64,000 nucleotides of DNA from an uncultured Acidobacteriota bacterium (GCA_963809485.1 CAWEJX010000020.1:544001-608000), one strand, 5' to 3'; positions 52,081 through 61,901 are shown, counted from the first letter of the stretch. Notes: generated from the letters alone by a model not told the origin. Made by a program: numbers and translations.

Positions 52081-52364
52081 GACTTCAAAATATCTATCGG
52101 ACACGAAATTTTCCACCATAATCGGCATCCGCGAGACAAAAAGCGATCCGGCTCCGCTTCATCCAATAATTGTCATCGCTCAACGGCGCATCTGTCGGCG
52201 CACCTCCGTATCACCAGATTCTGAATTTCAATAAATCGAGTATTCAAGAGAGAGCTGTCCACTCTGCCGGCGCCGGCCGAATGCTATTGACACAATGTCG
52301 GTGTTGGTTATTAATTGTCGCAATTAGTGATATTTATTATTTTTGGAAGGGAGCCCTTGATCCT

Positions 52365-53270
52365 ATGGCTAAAGAGATGTTGACCACGAAAGAAGTCGCC
52401 GAGTATCTCAGCATCAATGAAAAGCAGGTTTACAGGCTCATCAAGGATAAAAAAATCCCGGCCACGCGTATTACGGGCAAATGGCTTTTCCCTAAAAACC
52501 TGATCGACGAATGGGTTATGAACAGCGCCCGGGAAAGCGTTTCTCTCGCCCCGAAAAGAAGCTCGATGGAAAATCAAATTGTCATTGCGGGAAGCAACGA
52601 TATCGCGCTCGAGCTTCTTACCAAGAACACAACCATTCAGTATCCGCGCTGCACCATTTCAATCTCCAATATCGGCAGCCTCGCCGGGCTGATTGCCCTC
52701 CAGAACGGGAATTGCCATATTGCGGCATCCCACCTCCTGGACAAGGAGACCGGCGAATACAACGGACCTTTTATTAAAAAGCATTTTCCTGAGATGAAAG
52801 TAGTGATCCTGACGCTGGCGCACAGGGAGCAGGGGCTGATTGTAAGGAAGGGCAATCCTTCAAATATCAGGTCGCTGAAGGATCTGGCCAACGAGAACCT
52901 GACCTTTGTGAACAGACAGGAGGGATCCGGAACGCGAGTGCTCCTGGATTACGGGCTCAAGGAAATCGGGATTGAACCGGCGGAAATTCCCGGATACGGC
53001 AGGATCGCCTACGCACACATGGAGGTGGCTCTGGAGGTATTCAGCGGACATGCGGATGTCGGGATCGGGATCCTTGCAGCCGCCAGGATGCTGGGCCTGG
53101 ATTTTGTGCCCCTGGCAACGGAGCGTTTTGACCTGATCATACCCTCGGAAAGCTATCAGACGGGCGCCGTCAAGGCCCTGCGCGGAGTCCTGTGCTCGGA
53201 AGCGTTCAAAACTCATATGGTGGAGATGGGCGGATACGATACGCGGGACACCGGAAAGATTGCGGAATAG
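52365..53270 (+). CDS. Excisionase-type HTH + molybdate/tungstate PBP-domain regulator
   Basis: LTTKEVAEYL..IPATRITGKW; AGSND, NRQEGSGTR. Confidence 0.88.
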   Translation: MAKEMLTTKEVAEYLSINEKQVYRLIKDKKIPATRITGKWLFPKNLIDEWVMNSARESVSLAPKRSSMENQIVIAGSNDIALELLTKNTTIQYPRCTISISNIGSLAGLIALQNGNCHIAASHLLDKETGEYNGPFIKKHFPEMKVVILTLAHREQGLIVRKGNPSNIRSLKDLANENLTFVNRQEGSGTRVLLDYGLKEIGIEPAEIPGYGRIAYAHMEVALEVFSGHADVGIGILAAARMLGLDFVPLATERFDLIIPSESYQTGAVKALRGVLCSEAFKTHMVEMGGYDTRDTGKIAE

Positions 53271-53295
53271 GAACCTAATTCATGGAGAATCCCAC

Positions 53296-54093
53296 GTGAA
53301 ATATATCCCCTTGCTTTTGATGATGCTGCTGGCGCCGGCTGCGGCCCAGGAGCGGCTGCGCCTGGCGACCACAACCTCCGTGCAGGATTCGGGACTTATG
53401 CCGTTTTTGTTGAAGGATTTTGAGAGGCTGTGCGCCTGCAAGGTGGACGTTATTGCGGTCGGTAGCGGGCAGGCCCTGAAGCTGGCTTCCAACGGCGATG
53501 TCGACACGGTTCTCGTCCACGATCCGCCCGCCGAACAAAATTTTATACGCGGGGGCTTTGGAATCAACCGGCAAACCTTCATGGTCAACGATTTCGTCAT
53601 TCTGGGACCCGCATCGGATCCCGCGCGCGTCCTCGGCATGAAGGACGCATCTGTGGCACTTTCAAAGATTGCCAATACAGGCTCTGTCTTCGTCTCGAGA
53701 GGTGACGCTTCGGGCACGCACAAGAAAGAACTGGAACTCTGGGAAAAGGCCCGCGTCAAGCCGTCGGGATCCTGGTACCTGGAGGTGGGACAGGGCATGG
53801 GCGCCGTGTTGACCATGGCTGAAGAGAAAAACGGGTACACGATTGCCGATCGGGCCACCTATCTGAGCCGCATCCGGCAATTGAAGCTCAAGGTGCTCGT
53901 GGAGGGAGACCCGGTTCTGACCAACCATTATTCGGCGATCCAGGTCAATCCTGCGCGCTTTCCATCCGCCAAGTCGGCCCTTTCAAGGCGCTTCATCGGC
54001 TGGCTCTGTTCCCCCGAGGGGCAGAGGCTTATCGGCAGCTATACGGTGAACGGGCATAGATTGTTCAAGCCTGCATACGCCGGCGGGAAGTGA
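53296..54093 (+). CDS. tupA: Tungstate ABC transporter substrate-binding protein
   Basis: ATTTS..DSGL, SRGDASGTH..E. Confidence 0.9.
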   Translation: MKYIPLLLMMLLAPAAAQERLRLATTTSVQDSGLMPFLLKDFERLCACKVDVIAVGSGQALKLASNGDVDTVLVHDPPAEQNFIRGGFGINRQTFMVNDFVILGPASDPARVLGMKDASVALSKIANTGSVFVSRGDASGTHKKELELWEKARVKPSGSWYLEVGQGMGAVLTMAEEKNGYTIADRATYLSRIRQLKLKVLVEGDPVLTNHYSAIQVNPARFPSAKSALSRRFIGWLCSPEGQRLIGSYTVNGHRLFKPAYAGGK

Positions 54094-54097
54094 CTGC

Positions 54098-54790
54098 TTG
54101 AGCGACCTGGAAAAAGCATTGGCGGAGGCCATCCGCCTGATTTTGTCGGCGGATAAGGATGTCACCACAATTGTTTTGGCATCGCTGCGCTTTGCGCTGA
54201 CCAGCACTCTGCTGGCTTCCCTCCTTGGTATCCCCGCCGGGATTGCGCTCGCCAATGCCCACTTCCGTTTCAAGCGGCTGCTTGAGGATATTCTGAATAC
54301 CCTTTTGGCCATGCCCACGGTCGTGGTAGGGCTTTTTGTCTACGCTCTGATTTTCAGCCAGGGTCCTCTCGGCCGATTGCAGCTTTTGTTCACTCCTGCG
54401 GCCATCATCCTTGGCCAGACAGTGCTGATTCTTCCGCTGGTGACTTCGCTGGCATGCGGCGCAGTCTCAGTCGTGAATCCTGTTGTGCGCGAGACGGCAT
54501 TCACACTCGGGGCGGGCAGGTTGAGAACCGTCCGGACCGTCGCCTCGGAAGCTCGGGCGGCGCTCCTGATTGCTTGCATAACCGCGTTCGGCCGCGTCGT
54601 CGGGGAGGTCGGGATATCCCTTCTGCTGGGCGGGAATATTCTGGGATATACGCGCACCATTACTACTGCCATCTCCCTGCAAACGAGCAAAGGTGAATTC
54701 GCGCTCGGACTGGCCCTCGGCATAATCCTCTTGTGTGCCGCTTTCGTCATAAGCGTTACGGTGCGCCGGCTTGGGAGAAGGTCGTTATGA
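54098..54790 (+). CDS. tupB: Tungstate ABC transporter permease
   Basis: MPTVVVGL, GPLG, GEVG..GGNI..TRTITTAI. Confidence 0.9.
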   Translation: MSDLEKALAEAIRLILSADKDVTTIVLASLRFALTSTLLASLLGIPAGIALANAHFRFKRLLEDILNTLLAMPTVVVGLFVYALIFSQGPLGRLQLLFTPAAIILGQTVLILPLVTSLACGAVSVVNPVVRETAFTLGAGRLRTVRTVASEARAALLIACITAFGRVVGEVGISLLLGGNILGYTRTITTAISLQTSKGEFALGLALGIILLCAAFVISVTVRRLGRRSL

Positions 54791-55467
54791 GCGGCGCTCC
54801 GGCATACAGCATTCGGTCTCTGAAGCACGCATATGACGGCCAGGCCGTCCTGGACATACCATTTCTCGAAATCCCTTCCGGCCGCATCGTCGCCTTCACG
54901 GGTCCCAATGGCTGCGGGAAAACCACCCTGCTCTCCATCCTGGCGCTGTTGACGGCACCGCGCGAAGGAAGCGTGCTGCTGCTCGGAACCGATACTGCGC
55001 ACGGAAATGATTTGCAGCTGCGGCGCCGGGTCACCCTGGTTCACCAGAAGCCCGTCCTCTTTTCCACATCGGTCCGGAAAAACATCGCTTACGGATTGCA
55101 GGCGCGGGGATATCCAGCACAGGAGATCAGGCAGCGCGTGCAGGCCATCATGGAAGAAATGAACCTGTCGGCGGTCGCCGAAAAGCATGCACGCAGGATA
55201 TCCGGCGGCGAAGCGCAGCGCGCCGTGCTGGCGCGAGCTCTGGTTCTGGAAACCCCGATTGTCCTCCTGGACGAACCCACGAATTCACTGGACGACGCAT
55301 CCAGGCCGCTGCTTACGCAGTTGCTCCGCAAAGCCAAACGGGAGCGATGCGCCACGATAGTCATCGCAACACACGACTTGGGCTTCGTGTCTTCAGTTGC
55401 GGATCAGGTTTTTCGAATGGACCATGGGGGGCTGCGGAGCAGCCACGAATCCCCTGAATCGGCGTGA
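54787..55467 (+). CDS. tupC: Tungstate ABC transporter ATP-binding protein
   Basis: GPNGCGKTT, ISGGEAQR, LLDEPT. Confidence 0.88.
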   Translation: MSGAPAYSIRSLKHAYDGQAVLDIPFLEIPSGRIVAFTGPNGCGKTTLLSILALLTAPREGSVLLLGTDTAHGNDLQLRRRVTLVHQKPVLFSTSVRKNIAYGLQARGYPAQEIRQRVQAIMEEMNLSAVAEKHARRISGGEAQRAVLARALVLETPIVLLDEPTNSLDDASRPLLTQLLRKAKRERCATIVIATHDLGFVSSVADQVFRMDHGGLRSSHESPESA

Positions 55468-55476
55468 TTCGTGGCT
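55441..55476. repeat. REP-like hairpin between convergent tupC and aor
   Basis: AGCCACGAATC...GATTCGTGGCT; related to 33324-33364. Confidence 0.6.
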
Positions 55477-55485
55477 GCTTTTGCG

Positions 55486-57204
55486 TTAGGAATTGTGAAC
55501 GCTGTCCAAATCTTCTTCCGGGACATCAAAAACAAATCCCGGGGGCCCGAACTTTTCCTCGGTGAAGAATTTCGGCAGGCGGTCATCTTTTTCGGTCAAT
55601 CCTGCGGCTTTGTTAAACTCTCTCTCCATCCGCAAAACAGATTCGCCGAGGTCGAGAACATAATTTTCACCCGGTTCTTCGCCTGTGAGGGCGGAGACGC
55701 AGCCGATCACATTGCGGTCCATGTGCAATGTCTTTTCTTCCATGACCGGCATGGCGAGCATCATGCAAAATCCCAGACTATCCATGGCAGCCATCCAGCG
55801 CTGCATGAACCGTGATTCCGGCGCCTGACCCGTAGGGGCGACTGGAACGTATTCGGGATGGTGCGGACCGGGCAAAACGATGCCGCTCGTATGGTCGGCG
55901 CCCATGGGCGAAGTCGCAAACGTCACGCCGGTTCCTTTCAGGATCCTGGGATCGTATCCGGACATCGCCTGGCCCTTGACGTGAGGAATCCGTTTAACAC
56001 CCAGTTTCTCGCCGGTGAATTTGACCCCGTTGCCGATCATACGGCCGTTTTCCGTTCCCCTGGCGATCTCCTTCACAAGGTTCAAGGCTGCGTCAGCGTC
56101 TCCCCAGGGAATCAGGCCCCCTTCCATCGAGACAGCCAGCGCGGCCCCGATGTCCATCGTATCCACTCCGGCGTCATTGCATACACGGTTGATCCTGGCG
56201 ATAGCATCCAGGTCCCCGATGAGGCAGTTCGAGCCGATCAAAGCGATCGTTTCGTACTCAATGCTGGCAACGATAAACTCGCCCTTTTCATCCGTGTAGA
56301 TATTGGAGCAGCTGAGGATGCAACCGTTCATGCAGTTGTGCGTGGTTGCCGCATTGGGCCTCTTCTTGAGCATCTCCTCCATGTGCTCGCCGCAGATATT
56401 TTCCGCTTGGTCGAACTGTCCCATGGAGAAGTTTTTGGTCGGAAGGGCGCCGGCGGTTTGTGTGATCATGACGATCTGAGGCGTCCCCAGATTTCTCAAT
56501 CCCAGCGAGAAAGCATTCGAAAGAACGCCTTTGGTTATAGCAGAGACGTTTTCCTTGAATTTTTGCGGATCCTTGACTTCCACAAGATTGGATCCCGTAT
56601 CGTCCACGACCACGGACTTGAGGTTCTTGGAGCCCATCACCGCGCCAAGTCCGCCCCTTGCAGCGACCCTGATGTGAAAGTCCGGCGTTGTAAAGATGAT
56701 GCTCGCCGCCGTAAGCATCATGTCGCCGGCCGGCCCGATGCATGCAAGGCAGCTCTTGTCTCCGTGCTCCGCTTTCAGTTTTTCCACAATCTCGTAACAC
56801 CCAAGCCCGGCAAGCGGAGCCGCCGAGGCAAAATACACACCCAATTGGTCAATCTTGATCGATGTCGGCTCTTTTGCCTTACCTTCAAAAATCACGGCCT
56901 TGATTCCCAGTCGGGCCAGTTTCTGGCTCATGGCTCCGCCGGTGTTGGCCTCCTTGATTCCCTTTGTCAAAGGGCTTTTGGCGCCGACAGAAAGCCTGCC
57001 GCTGCAGGGCGCAGTGGTTCCCCCCAGTATGCCCGGCGCAAACACGAGCTTGTTTTCGGGGCCAAGGGGATCACACTTGGGGGGGACTTCCTTTTCGATG
57101 ATGCAGTCCGTTAAGCCTCTGCCGCCGAATTTTCGAAAATCCTGCGAGGCATCTTCGGTCCTGGCGGTCAAAGATGACATATCGATTCTTAGAATTTTAG
57201 CCAT
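55486..57204 (-). CDS. aor: Tungsten aldehyde:ferredoxin oxidoreductase family protein
   Basis: GGRGL, KSPLT.GIKEAN, ARGGLGAVMGSKNLK, CMNGCILSC, EYET, DPR. Confidence 0.9.
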   Translation of the reverse strand: MAKILRIDMSSLTARTEDASQDFRKFGGRGLTDCIIEKEVPPKCDPLGPENKLVFAPGILGGTTAPCSGRLSVGAKSPLTKGIKEANTGGAMSQKLARLGIKAVIFEGKAKEPTSIKIDQLGVYFASAAPLAGLGCYEIVEKLKAEHGDKSCLACIGPAGDMMLTAASIIFTTPDFHIRVAARGGLGAVMGSKNLKSVVVDDTGSNLVEVKDPQKFKENVSAITKGVLSNAFSLGLRNLGTPQIVMITQTAGALPTKNFSMGQFDQAENICGEHMEEMLKKRPNAATTHNCMNGCILSCSNIYTDEKGEFIVASIEYETIALIGSNCLIGDLDAIARINRVCNDAGVDTMDIGAALAVSMEGGLIPWGDADAALNLVKEIARGTENGRMIGNGVKFTGEKLGVKRIPHVKGQAMSGYDPRILKGTGVTFATSPMGADHTSGIVLPGPHHPEYVPVAPTGQAPESRFMQRWMAAMDSLGFCMMLAMPVMEEKTLHMDRNVIGCVSALTGEEPGENYVLDLGESVLRMEREFNKAAGLTEKDDRLPKFFTEEKFGPPGFVFDVPEEDLDSVHNS

Positions 57205-57456
57205 TGGTAGTTCCTCACACTGAGTGTCGCTGACAAACATTCTCCTGCAGATACATGTGCTTGCATCTAAATCGTTATGCCGCGCCTTTGCTATATATTG
57301 GCACGGCTCCGATCTCTATCCACTATAGTCAGATCCGCTCGCTTTTGCCAGAGAAACATTAGGCTGAAATGGCGTAATTCACCCATTATTAATGACTTTC
57401 CGATGGCAAGTATCGCCTTGACGCTTCCGATGCGCACGCGGGATAATGCCCTGCTT

Positions 57457-58350
57457 ATGGCGATGAGGAAATTTGATTTTGCCGCCGTGATCGAGTCCCG
57501 GTTCCCTGGTCTGCTGGAAGAGGTCCGGAAGGTCATCCAGGAATCGGAAAGGGCCTACGAGGGGAGCGATTCAGGCCAGGAGAGTTTTCTCTGGGAACAC
57601 ACCCTGCAGGTTGCTTCCTTCGCCTGCCGCCTGGCAGAAGACCAGAATACGGATCCCCTAATCCCTATGGTCGCTGCCCTGTTCCATGATGCCGGGAAAT
57701 TTTCGGGAGGCACCTACCACAGCGATGATACGATCGAGGAGGAGGAATCCGCCCGGATAGCGGAGCGGCTCCTGGGCCGGTTCGGCATGAATGCCGCAAG
57801 TATCCGCAAAGTTCTTGCGGGATTGAGGGCCTTGTATAATGAAAAATCCAGGAGAAATTCTGTCGCCGCCATTCTTCACGACGCCGACTTCCTTTCAAAA
57901 TTCGGGGCCCTGGGGATTGCGGGTTTTTTTACCAAATCCGCGCTGCGCGGCCGGCCGCTGCGTTCCGCAGTTCTGGGATATCTCAGCAAGGAATTGACTT
58001 ACGCGGCCTGCCTTCCCCTGAATATGCACACCGCCGCGGGGCGGAAACTGGCGTTGAAGAAATCGGCGGATTCGCTGAGGTTTTTTCGTTCGCTGCTTGC
58101 GGAACTGCGCAACACCCGGATGGCCGATCTCAGCATCCGGCGCATGAGGATACCTAATCCTTCATCGGCAAACCGGTTCATAGAAATTCATTTTGTGGCT
58201 TCATCCGTCTGCACGGAATGCGGCGGAAAATGGGAGATGGCCTGGGCTACGGAGAAGGGTCTCAAATGCCAGAAACTCAATATCGACTGGGCATGCATGC
58301 ACTGCGGCGAGAAGATCGAGACATCCTTCTGCCTGCCGGAAATCAAATAG
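57457..58350 (+). CDS. HD-domain protein with C-terminal zinc-ribbon-like Cys cluster
   Basis: WEHT..ALFHDAGK..LHDAD; CTEC..C..CMHC..FC. Confidence 0.8.
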   Translation: MAMRKFDFAAVIESRFPGLLEEVRKVIQESERAYEGSDSGQESFLWEHTLQVASFACRLAEDQNTDPLIPMVAALFHDAGKFSGGTYHSDDTIEEEESARIAERLLGRFGMNAASIRKVLAGLRALYNEKSRRNSVAAILHDADFLSKFGALGIAGFFTKSALRGRPLRSAVLGYLSKELTYAACLPLNMHTAAGRKLALKKSADSLRFFRSLLAELRNTRMADLSIRRMRIPNPSSANRFIEIHFVASSVCTECGGKWEMAWATEKGLKCQKLNIDWACMHCGEKIETSFCLPEIK

Positions 58351-58353
58351 CAA

Positions 58354-58572
58354 AATTTCGAATGACGAATGACGAATGACGAATTTCGAATTGGAACAAA
58401 CACTTGAGATAATGGCAGATGAAGGACCATGGGCGGATTAGGGATTCGCCGATGTGTTCGTAGGATAGCTGCTTGACCATACGGACCTAATCATGAGATG
58501 GCATCAAAGGAACGATTAAAACGGTGTCCAGATCAGCAATTCGTCATTCGTCATTCGTCATTCGTACTTCGA
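58354..58572. repeat. Inverted pair of (AATGACG)n heptamer arrays between HD gene and moeA
   Basis: AATTTCG (AATGACG)3 AATTTCG ... (ATTCGTC)3 ATTCGTA CTTCGA. Confidence 0.88.
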
Positions 58573-58586
58573 GAAGGGGTGGCTCC

Positions 58587-59822
58587 TTGGCGGAATTTCT
58601 TCACGTGATCACGGCCGATCAGTTTATAGAGTTGCTGGGCCGTTTTGGCCGGCTCTCACCCGAAAGAGTGCCGCTGGACGCATCGCTTGGCCGGATCCTG
58701 TCCGAGGATGTCCTCGCCTGTGAAGATCTGCCCGAAGGGGCTCGTTCCACCGTGGATGGTTACGCCGTGCGGGCTGAAGACACATTCGGGGCTTCCGACG
58801 CGATCCCGGCGTTTTTGGAGGTGGCGGCTGCGGTCCGGATGGGGACTCTGCCGGATTTTGCCATTCATCCCGGCCAGGCGGCCCAGATCCCGACAGGCGG
58901 ATTCCTGCCCGAAGGGACCGATGCCGTTGTTATGGTGGAATATACCAACCCGGCAGGCCCTCAGAGCATCGAGGTGACTCGTCCTGTAACGGTCAGAACG
59001 AATGTGCTGGGAAAGGGCGAGGATGCCAAATCAGGGCAAACCCTGCTTTCCGCCGGCAAGAAGATGCGCCCTCAGGAAATCGGCTTTCTCGCAGCCATAG
59101 GAATCACGAATCTTGCAGTGTACCGGCGGCCGCGCATTGCGGTGATTTCCTCGGGTGACGAGGTGATCCCCATAGATCACAGACCGCATCCGGGCCAGAT
59201 ACGTGATGCCAATGGTCATGCAATTTCCGCGCTGGCGCGAGCAGCCGGCGCCGAGCCGGTGCTGTTTGACATTGTTCCGGATAACGCGGCCATGCTCCGC
59301 GATACCCTTGAAAAAGGCCTGAAGCAGGCAGATGCCGTAGCCATTTCAGGCGGCAGCTCCGTCGGGACAAGGGATCTGATGGTGGAAGTCGTTTCCTCTT
59401 TGCCCGACGTCGAGATTCTAGCGCATGGCGTGGCCATACGCCCCGGGAAACCGACGCTGCTTGCCGAACAGAAGGGCAAGGCGATCTTTGGCCTGCCCGG
59501 GCACCCGGTTTCGGCCCTGGTTGTCGCCCAGGCATTCTTTGAGCCCTTCCTGCAATACCTGCAGGGTGGCGAGCTGGGCAAGGGCCCGCTGGGGCATCGG
59601 GTTCAGGCAGTGTTGGCCACCTCCATCCATTCCACCATAGGGCTGGAGGAGTTTGTCCGCGTCCGCCTGGAAGAACAGGCGGATGGCATGTTCGCGGCGC
59701 ATCCGGTTTTCGGTAAATCCGGCATGCTTTCCACGATGGTCAAAGCGAATGGCATAATCCTGATTCCCATGAACGTCGAGGGCTTTTCCAGGGGGGAAAT
59801 TGTTCAAGCTGTTCTGCTATAG
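58587..59822 (+). CDS. moeA: Molybdopterin molybdo/tungstotransferase MoeA
   Basis: STVDGYAV, ISSGDE, SGGSSVG, IRPGKPT, LPGHPVS. Confidence 0.93.
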   Translation: MAEFLHVITADQFIELLGRFGRLSPERVPLDASLGRILSEDVLACEDLPEGARSTVDGYAVRAEDTFGASDAIPAFLEVAAAVRMGTLPDFAIHPGQAAQIPTGGFLPEGTDAVVMVEYTNPAGPQSIEVTRPVTVRTNVLGKGEDAKSGQTLLSAGKKMRPQEIGFLAAIGITNLAVYRRPRIAVISSGDEVIPIDHRPHPGQIRDANGHAISALARAAGAEPVLFDIVPDNAAMLRDTLEKGLKQADAVAISGGSSVGTRDLMVEVVSSLPDVEILAHGVAIRPGKPTLLAEQKGKAIFGLPGHPVSALVVAQAFFEPFLQYLQGGELGKGPLGHRVQAVLATSIHSTIGLEEFVRVRLEEQADGMFAAHPVFGKSGMLSTMVKANGIILIPMNVEGFSRGEIVQAVLL

Positions 59823-59849
59823 TTATTCATTCAAGCAGCCTGATGTTGA

Positions 59850-61781
59850 ATGGCCATGACAACCAGAAGACAGACTTACCGCAACCTGAAACCTCTCCAC
59901 GAAGCCCAGGAGATATTCTTCTCCCGTTTCAGAAATCTGCTCATGGAACCGGAAACCGTCCCGGTACGCCAGGCGCTGGGCCGCCTCCTGGTGGGCCCGG
60001 TCAAAGCTGCGAGATCGGTCCCCGCGTACAATGCCTCCGCGGTGGACGGCATGGCGGTCCGCGCGTCGGCAACTTTCTCGGCATTTCCCGAAACCCCGGT
60101 ATTGCTGTCTGCAGGCAGGGATGCCATCCAGGTCAATACGGGCGATCCACTCCCCGAGCAGACCGACGCAGTCGTAATGATCGAGAAAGTTGAGCTTTCG
60201 GATGACCGCTGCGAAATTCGTGAGTCGGTATATCCCTGGCAGAATGTTCGCAAGACAGGGGAGGATATCGTCAAAGGCGAAATCCTTCTCCCGGCCTATC
60301 ACCGCATACGTTCCTACGACCAGGGAGCGCTGCTCGCTGCAGGGATCCAGTCCGTCGAGGTATTTCGAAAACCCCGTGTGCTTATCATTCCTACGGGAGA
60401 TGAGATCGTGCCGCCGGAAGAAATCCGAGATCCTGTGCCGCCCGGAACCATCCTTGAAGTCAATGGCCAGGTCCTGGCGTCCATGGTTTCGGAATGCGGC
60501 GCAGAAGCGACCTTGGCCAAACCTGTACCCGATGACCTTGAAACGATCAAGCATGCGGTGACCTCCGGATATGCTGCCGGTTACGACGTCATCCTGACCA
60601 TTGCCGGTTCCTCCGCGGGTTCTGAAGATTTTACCCCGACGGCGTTTTCACAACTGGGTGAGTTGCTCGTCCACGGAGTCACCGTGATGCCCGGCAAACC
60701 AACCCTGCTGGCCGCAGTTCAGAACCGGCCGGCTGTGGGCATACCGGGGTATCCGGTTTCCGCCGTAATATCTTTCCGCGAATTTGTGCAGCCGCTGCTT
60801 TATCAAATGCAGGGATCGCCGGCTCCCGATCCCGAAAAAATCGACGCCTATATGGGCCGGAAGCTGCCGTCCAAACCCGGGCTTGAGGAGCATGTTCGCG
60901 TCATTCTGGGCAAGGTCCGGGATCGTGTCGTCGCCATTCCCCTTGCCGGCGGTGCGGGAATGATGACTTCACTCGTGCGCGCCGACGGCATTCTGAGGGT
61001 CACCCCGGAAATCAGCGGCTATTCCGAAGGCGAGCCGGTATCTGTGGAGCTGCTTACGCCCAGAAAGGCGCTCAACAGCAGGCTTCTGGCCATCGGTTCC
61101 CACGACCTCACGGTGGACCTGTTGGGCAGCCTGATCAAGGAAAAGTCCGAAGGCAGGATTACAATTTCATCCAGTAATGTCGGGAGCATGGGTGGGCTGC
61201 TCGCAATCGAGCGGGGAATCGCTCATCTGGCGGGCTCTCATTTACTGGATACGGAAACCGGCGACTACAATCGATCCTATTTAAAGCTTTATGTGAAGCA
61301 CACTCCCGTCAAACTGGTGACACTCGTCCACCGCTGGCAGGGATTCATGATCGCCAAGGGGAATCCCAAGGGGATTCAGGGTATCAGGGATCTCCTCCGG
61401 CCCGATATCTCTTTTATTAACCGTCAGGCGGGCTCCGGGACGCGCATCCTTCTCGATTACGAATTGCAGAAAGCAGCAATGGATTCGTCCGCCATCGCCG
61501 GATACAGGAGCGAGGAGTACACGCACATGAGCGTGGCGATGGCCGTTACATCGGGGCGGGCGGACGTCGGGCTCGGGATCCTGGCGGCCGCGAAGGCTTT
61601 GGATCTCGACTTCATTCCCGTCTCTCGCGAGCGCTACGATCTGGTCATTCCCGCGGACCTGTTTCAGGATGAACGCATCTCGCTGCTGCTGGAAATTGTC
61701 CGCTCCTCCGGCTTCATGGAGCAGGTGGTGGCGCTGGGCGGGTATGAAGTGGAGGAAACGGGCAAAATCCAGCCGCTGTAA
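59850..61781 (+). CDS. moeA: MoeA fused to C-terminal molybdate-binding PBP domain
   Basis: SAVDGMAV, PTGDE, AGSSAGSED, then GSHD, NRQAGSGTR. Confidence 0.9.
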   Translation: MAMTTRRQTYRNLKPLHEAQEIFFSRFRNLLMEPETVPVRQALGRLLVGPVKAARSVPAYNASAVDGMAVRASATFSAFPETPVLLSAGRDAIQVNTGDPLPEQTDAVVMIEKVELSDDRCEIRESVYPWQNVRKTGEDIVKGEILLPAYHRIRSYDQGALLAAGIQSVEVFRKPRVLIIPTGDEIVPPEEIRDPVPPGTILEVNGQVLASMVSECGAEATLAKPVPDDLETIKHAVTSGYAAGYDVILTIAGSSAGSEDFTPTAFSQLGELLVHGVTVMPGKPTLLAAVQNRPAVGIPGYPVSAVISFREFVQPLLYQMQGSPAPDPEKIDAYMGRKLPSKPGLEEHVRVILGKVRDRVVAIPLAGGAGMMTSLVRADGILRVTPEISGYSEGEPVSVELLTPRKALNSRLLAIGSHDLTVDLLGSLIKEKSEGRITISSSNVGSMGGLLAIERGIAHLAGSHLLDTETGDYNRSYLKLYVKHTPVKLVTLVHRWQGFMIAKGNPKGIQGIRDLLRPDISFINRQAGSGTRILLDYELQKAAMDSSAIAGYRSEEYTHMSVAMAVTSGRADVGLGILAAAKALDLDFIPVSRERYDLVIPADLFQDERISLLLEIVRSSGFMEQVVALGGYEVEETGKIQPL

Positions 61782-61805
61782 AAAGCACTCCTTGAGGATC
61801 AGTTC

Positions 61806-61901
61806 GTCAGCGCTTTTATCAGCGTTTCTCAGCGTTTCAAAATACGGAGCGGTCAAACTCTTTGAGTCCCCCGGCAGAGCCGGGGGTTTACCATTGTAAT
61901 T
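61806..61901 (+). mobile_element. Palindromic element, one-ended fragment I
   Basis: GTCAGCGCTTTTATCAGCG...CCCCCGGCAGAGCCGGGGGTTTACCATTGTAATT. Confidence 0.8.

Noticed and set aside
52365-52550. Phage excisionase
   Set aside because: HTH is fused to a molybdate-binding domain ahead of tupABC, a known regulator architecture
58524-58586. moeA N-terminal extension MSRSAIRHSSFVIR
   Set aside because: Read through the heptamer array; TTG at 58587 with upstream GAAGGGG is more plausible
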